Origin: Pedobacter schmidteae
GTDB taxonomy: Bacteria > Bacteroidota > Bacteroidia > Sphingobacteriales > Sphingobacteriaceae
Length of the DNA: 64,000 bases
NCBI GenBank assembly: GCA_945901155.1
Contig: CAMDKO010000003.1
Span: 848-64,847, forward strand
Direction of reading: 5' to 3'
Below the pieces are notes generated by a model, which worked only from the letters and a program-made list of their open reading frames with translations, did not search any database and had not been told where the DNA came from. Made by a program: the position numbers and the translations under genes. Shown piece after piece: positions 61,069 to 64,000 of this stretch (the stretch's first letter is position 1; each line of letters begins with the position of its first letter).

Positions 61069-62088
61069 ATGAACGAAAACTTGGACCCCGCCGAAGAAAA
61101 TCTTTCACCTGTAGAGCGGGAGATAGAAAAAGTTCTTCGTCCGCAGGTTTTTGAAGATTTTACAGGACAACATAAAATTCTCGCTAATCTTCGAATATTT
61201 GTTCAGGCGGCAAAACTGAGAGGTGAAGCACTCGATCATGTGCTTTTGCATGGTCCTCCAGGATTGGGAAAAACTACCCTATCGCATATTATTGCGAATG
61301 AAATGGGAGTAAATATTCGTATTACATCCGGACCAGTATTAGATAAACCAGGTGACCTAGCAGGTTTACTTACTAACCTAGAAGAAGGAGATATTCTTTT
61401 TATTGACGAAATTCATCGTTTAAGTCCACTGGTTGAAGAATACCTGTACTCTGCAATGGAAGATTTCAAGATCGATATCATGCTTGAAACTGGCCCTAAT
61501 GCCCGCTCCGTACAAATTTCTTTAAATCCTTTCACACTTGTTGGAGCCACCACCCGCTCCGGACTTCTAACAGCTCCTCTAAGAGCGCGATTCGGAATAA
61601 ACAGCCGTTTGGAATACTATGACGCCAAATTGCTTACAACCATTGTATTGCGTTCGGCAGAAATTCTGAAAACTGAAATCTCAGATGAAGGCGCCTATGA
61701 AATAGCTCGAAGAAGCCGTGGTACACCCCGTATTGCAAATGCCTTGTTACGACGCACCCGTGATTTTGCTCAAATAAAGGGCAATGGGAATATTGATACA
61801 GAGATTGCTAAATATGCTCTAAATGCACTGAACGTAGATGAGCATGGATTGGATGAAATGGATAATAAGATTCTGATCACCATTATTGATAAATTCAAGG
61901 GCGGCCCAGTTGGTTTAAAAACAATAGCCACCTCCGTTGGAGAAGAAGAAGGAACTATTGAAGAAGTTTATGAGCCATTCCTGATTCAAGAAGGATACAT
62001 TATGCGCACCTCAAGGGGAAGAGAATGTACTGAAATTGCCTACAAACATCTTGGCCGTATAAAATCAGGTGGAAATACCTTATTTTAA
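61069..62088 (+). CDS. ruvB: Holliday junction branch-migration helicase RuvB
   Basis: [28 protein letters not shown] and YEPFLIQ motifs. Confidence 0.98.
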   Translation: MNENLDPAEENLSPVEREIEKVLRPQVFEDFTGQHKILANLRIFVQAAKLRGEALDHVLLHGPPGLGKTTLSHIIANEMGVNIRITSGPVLDKPGDLAGLLTNLEEGDILFIDEIHRLSPLVEEYLYSAMEDFKIDIMLETGPNARSVQISLNPFTLVGATTRSGLLTAPLRARFGINSRLEYYDAKLLTTIVLRSAEILKTEISDEGAYEIARRSRGTPRIANALLRRTRDFAQIKGNGNIDTEIAKYALNALNVDEHGLDEMDNKILITIIDKFKGGPVGLKTIATSVGEEEGTIEEVYEPFLIQEGYIMRTSRGRECTEIAYKHLGRIKSGGNTLF

Positions 62089-62232
62089 TCTCCCTTTTTG
62101 ATTGATAAGGATATAATCAATTTAACAAGAGTTATTCTAGGCTCTGACCTTTTTTCTGTTAGAATGGATGATTATCCATGCTCATCGCGAATCAAATATT
62201 CATATACTGGTTTTCTTAAAAGGCATATTTTC

Positions 62233-62240
62233 TATATTTG
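62233..62240 (+). promoter_or_regulatory. -7 promoter element of queG
   Basis: TATATTTG, ending 9 nt before ATG 62250; the TTG start in the ORF track lies inside it. Confidence 0.65.
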
Positions 62241-62249
62241 AACTACATA

Positions 62250-63179
62250 ATGGTCAATAAAAGTCAATATTCACAGTTTATAAAAGCAGAAGCCCTAAAA
62301 CTGGGTTTTATGTTCTGTGGTATATCAAAAGCGGGATTCCTTGAGGAAGAAGCTCCACGACTTGAAAACTGGCTTAAAAATGGTTATAACGCAGAAATGA
62401 GCTATATGGAGAATCATTTCGATAAACGTCTTGACCCCCGTAAATTGGTTGATGGAGCTAAATCAGTCATATCATTAGCCTTAAATTATTATACTGATCA
62501 GAAACAAAAAGATCCCTTTGCGCCTAAAATAAGTCAGTATGCTTTTGGTGATGACTACCATGCCGTAATTAAAGAAAAACTGAACCTATTAATGGCTGTT
62601 ATTAAGGATGAGATTGGTGAGGTTAGTGGCCGTTCCTTTGTTGATTCTGCACCTGTACTTGATAAAGTATGGGCAAAAAAAGCAGGATTAGGTTGGATTG
62701 GCAAGCATACGAACCTAATCAATAAAAATTCAGGTTCTTTTTTCTTTCTTGCAGAATTGATCCTTGATCTTGATCTGGAATACGATAGTGCACCAACAAA
62801 AGACCATTGTGGAACCTGTACAAAATGTATAGATGCCTGCCCTACTGATGCAATTGTTGATCCTTATGTTGTGGATGCAAGCAGATGTATTTCATACCTA
62901 ACAATTGAATTGAAAAATGAACTTCCCGTAGAGTTTAAGGGCAAAATGGATAATTGGATGTTTGGCTGCGATATTTGCCAGGATGTTTGCCCCTGGAATA
63001 AATTTTCTGTACTCAATACTGAACCTTTATTCAATCTAGGAGATGAACTTTTAGAATTAACACAGCGAGATTGGCAGGAAATTACTGAGGACACCTTCAA
63101 AAAGGTATTCAAAAACTCAGCTGTTAAAAGAACAAAATTTAATGGATTAAAGCGGAATATTGATTTTTTAAGGTCTTAA
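62250..63179 (+). CDS. queG: tRNA epoxyqueuosine(34) reductase
   Basis: [28 protein letters not shown] and [13 protein letters not shown] motifs. Confidence 0.95.
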   Translation: MVNKSQYSQFIKAEALKLGFMFCGISKAGFLEEEAPRLENWLKNGYNAEMSYMENHFDKRLDPRKLVDGAKSVISLALNYYTDQKQKDPFAPKISQYAFGDDYHAVIKEKLNLLMAVIKDEIGEVSGRSFVDSAPVLDKVWAKKAGLGWIGKHTNLINKNSGSFFFLAELILDLDLEYDSAPTKDHCGTCTKCIDACPTDAIVDPYVVDASRCISYLTIELKNELPVEFKGKMDNWMFGCDICQDVCPWNKFSVLNTEPLFNLGDELLELTQRDWQEITEDTFKKVFKNSAVKRTKFNGLKRNIDFLRS

Positions 63180-63186
63180 TTTTATT

Positions 63187-63318
63187 GTCTGAAGTATGAG
63201 GTCTGAGGTCTGAAGTGCTGGAATGAAATAAGGCAGTATCTATCTCAATACTAAAACTAACTATCCAATAGCTGACAACAGATAACTGTTAACCTACAAC
63301 TGATAACCGATAACTCAA
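63187..63318 (+). repeat. Heptamer array F
   Basis: GTCTGAA GTATGAG GTCTGAG GTCTGAA arm, core, then GACAACA/GATAACT/TACAACT/GATAACC arm. Confidence 0.9.
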
Positions 63319-63319
63319 T

Positions 63320-64000
63320 TTACTTTCCAAATTTCATCTTCAGCTGCTCCAGCATATCCGTATTTATTGGCTTAGTATCTTCTTTAGGTTTTTGTTGATT
63401 TACTGGCTCTGGTTTGGAAGCGGCACTTGCAGCTTGTTTTTCATTACGCAATTGCTCTTTTTTGGAATTCATGCGGTTCCAGATCTTTTCCAAACATTTT
63501 TTTGTATACAATGGGAAATCACCATTCTGCATCCAGTTATAATAACTTGGTTCTGATTGAAAAACATCTTCAACAGCCCTTCCTTTATGTTTACCAAAAT
63601 TAATCACCTCTACACCTTCTTCATTATAAACCATTCTGGAGGCAAAATCTACTGGATTATTAAGGTTTGTGAATTTATGAAGTGCTTCTATATTGTTCTG
63701 AACAGGCTTGGTGATTATACCTTTTTTATCTTCCCAGTCTTGATTTTGATACTTCTCGATCTGCGCTTTCAAAACCTCATAGGTAGCCTTAATATCAGCT
63801 TCAGCAGAGTGAGCATTTTCAATATTCTTACCACAATAGAACTGATAAGCTGCTTTTAAGGTACGCTGTTCCATTTGGTGAAATATATTCTGTACATCCA
63901 CAAAATGTCTGTTATCGATATCAAAATTGATTTCGGCACGAAGAAATTCTTCCATTAATACAGGAATATCAAAGCGGTTTGAATTATAACCCGCAAGGTC
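63320..64000 (-). CDS. DEDDh 3'-5' exonuclease (DNA Pol III epsilon-like); 5' end outside the window
   Basis: DLAGYNSNRFDIPVL (ExoII), HSAEADI (ExoIII) and FGKHKG motifs. Confidence 0.92.
   Translation of the reverse strand, partial: DLAGYNSNRFDIPVLMEEFLRAEINFDIDNRHFVDVQNIFHQMEQRTLKAAYQFYCGKNIENAHSAEADIKATYEVLKAQIEKYQNQDWEDKKGIITKPVQNNIEALHKFTNLNNPVDFASRMVYNEEGVEVINFGKHKGRAVEDVFQSEPSYYNWMQNGDFPLYTKKCLEKIWNRMNSKKEQLRNEKQAASAASKPEPVNQQKPKEDTKPINTDMLEQLKMKFGK

Noticed and set aside
1-64000. Defence systems, prophage, IS, tRNA/rRNA, recoding events
   Set aside because: No such motifs were seen and the long ORFs have family-typical lengths. A tRNAscan/Infernal/DefenseFinder run would confirm this.

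Overview
This AT-rich window comes from a Bacteroidota chromosome. The TAnnTTTG promoters, split pntA and gene content point to a Sphingobacteriaceae-like organism (inference). It is almost all housekeeping DNA: about 50 CDSs (GSIII, purM, lpdA, smc, pntAB, lepA, folD, queE, kdsA, recQ, kdsD, manC, rlmB, dnaB, etfBA, gltA, prfC, htpG, ruvB, queG and others), the RNase P RNA gene, and many promoters and terminators. I found no tRNA, rRNA, CRISPR array, transposase or integrase. The main unexplained signal is intergenic. Six spacers (about 3.3, 17.2, 19.1, 51.0, 57.1 and 63.2 kb) are filled with tandem 7-bp repeats of several sequence families. These are arranged as a G/purine-rich arm, a short core and a C-rich arm. 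Four of them share core sequence, and two carry tiny ATG-stop minigenes (MK*, MAKIKKF*). Several arrays begin inside, or supply, the stop codon of the flanking gene. I read them as members of one dispersed element family, possibly emptied cassettes; that reading is inference and was not tested by any search. Secondary signals are a 32-bp palindrome and phased T-tracts upstream of glnA, a DnaA-box-like cluster before dnaB, a sigma54-like motif before htpG, an inverted duplication of the kdsA 3' end, and two orphan reading frames.
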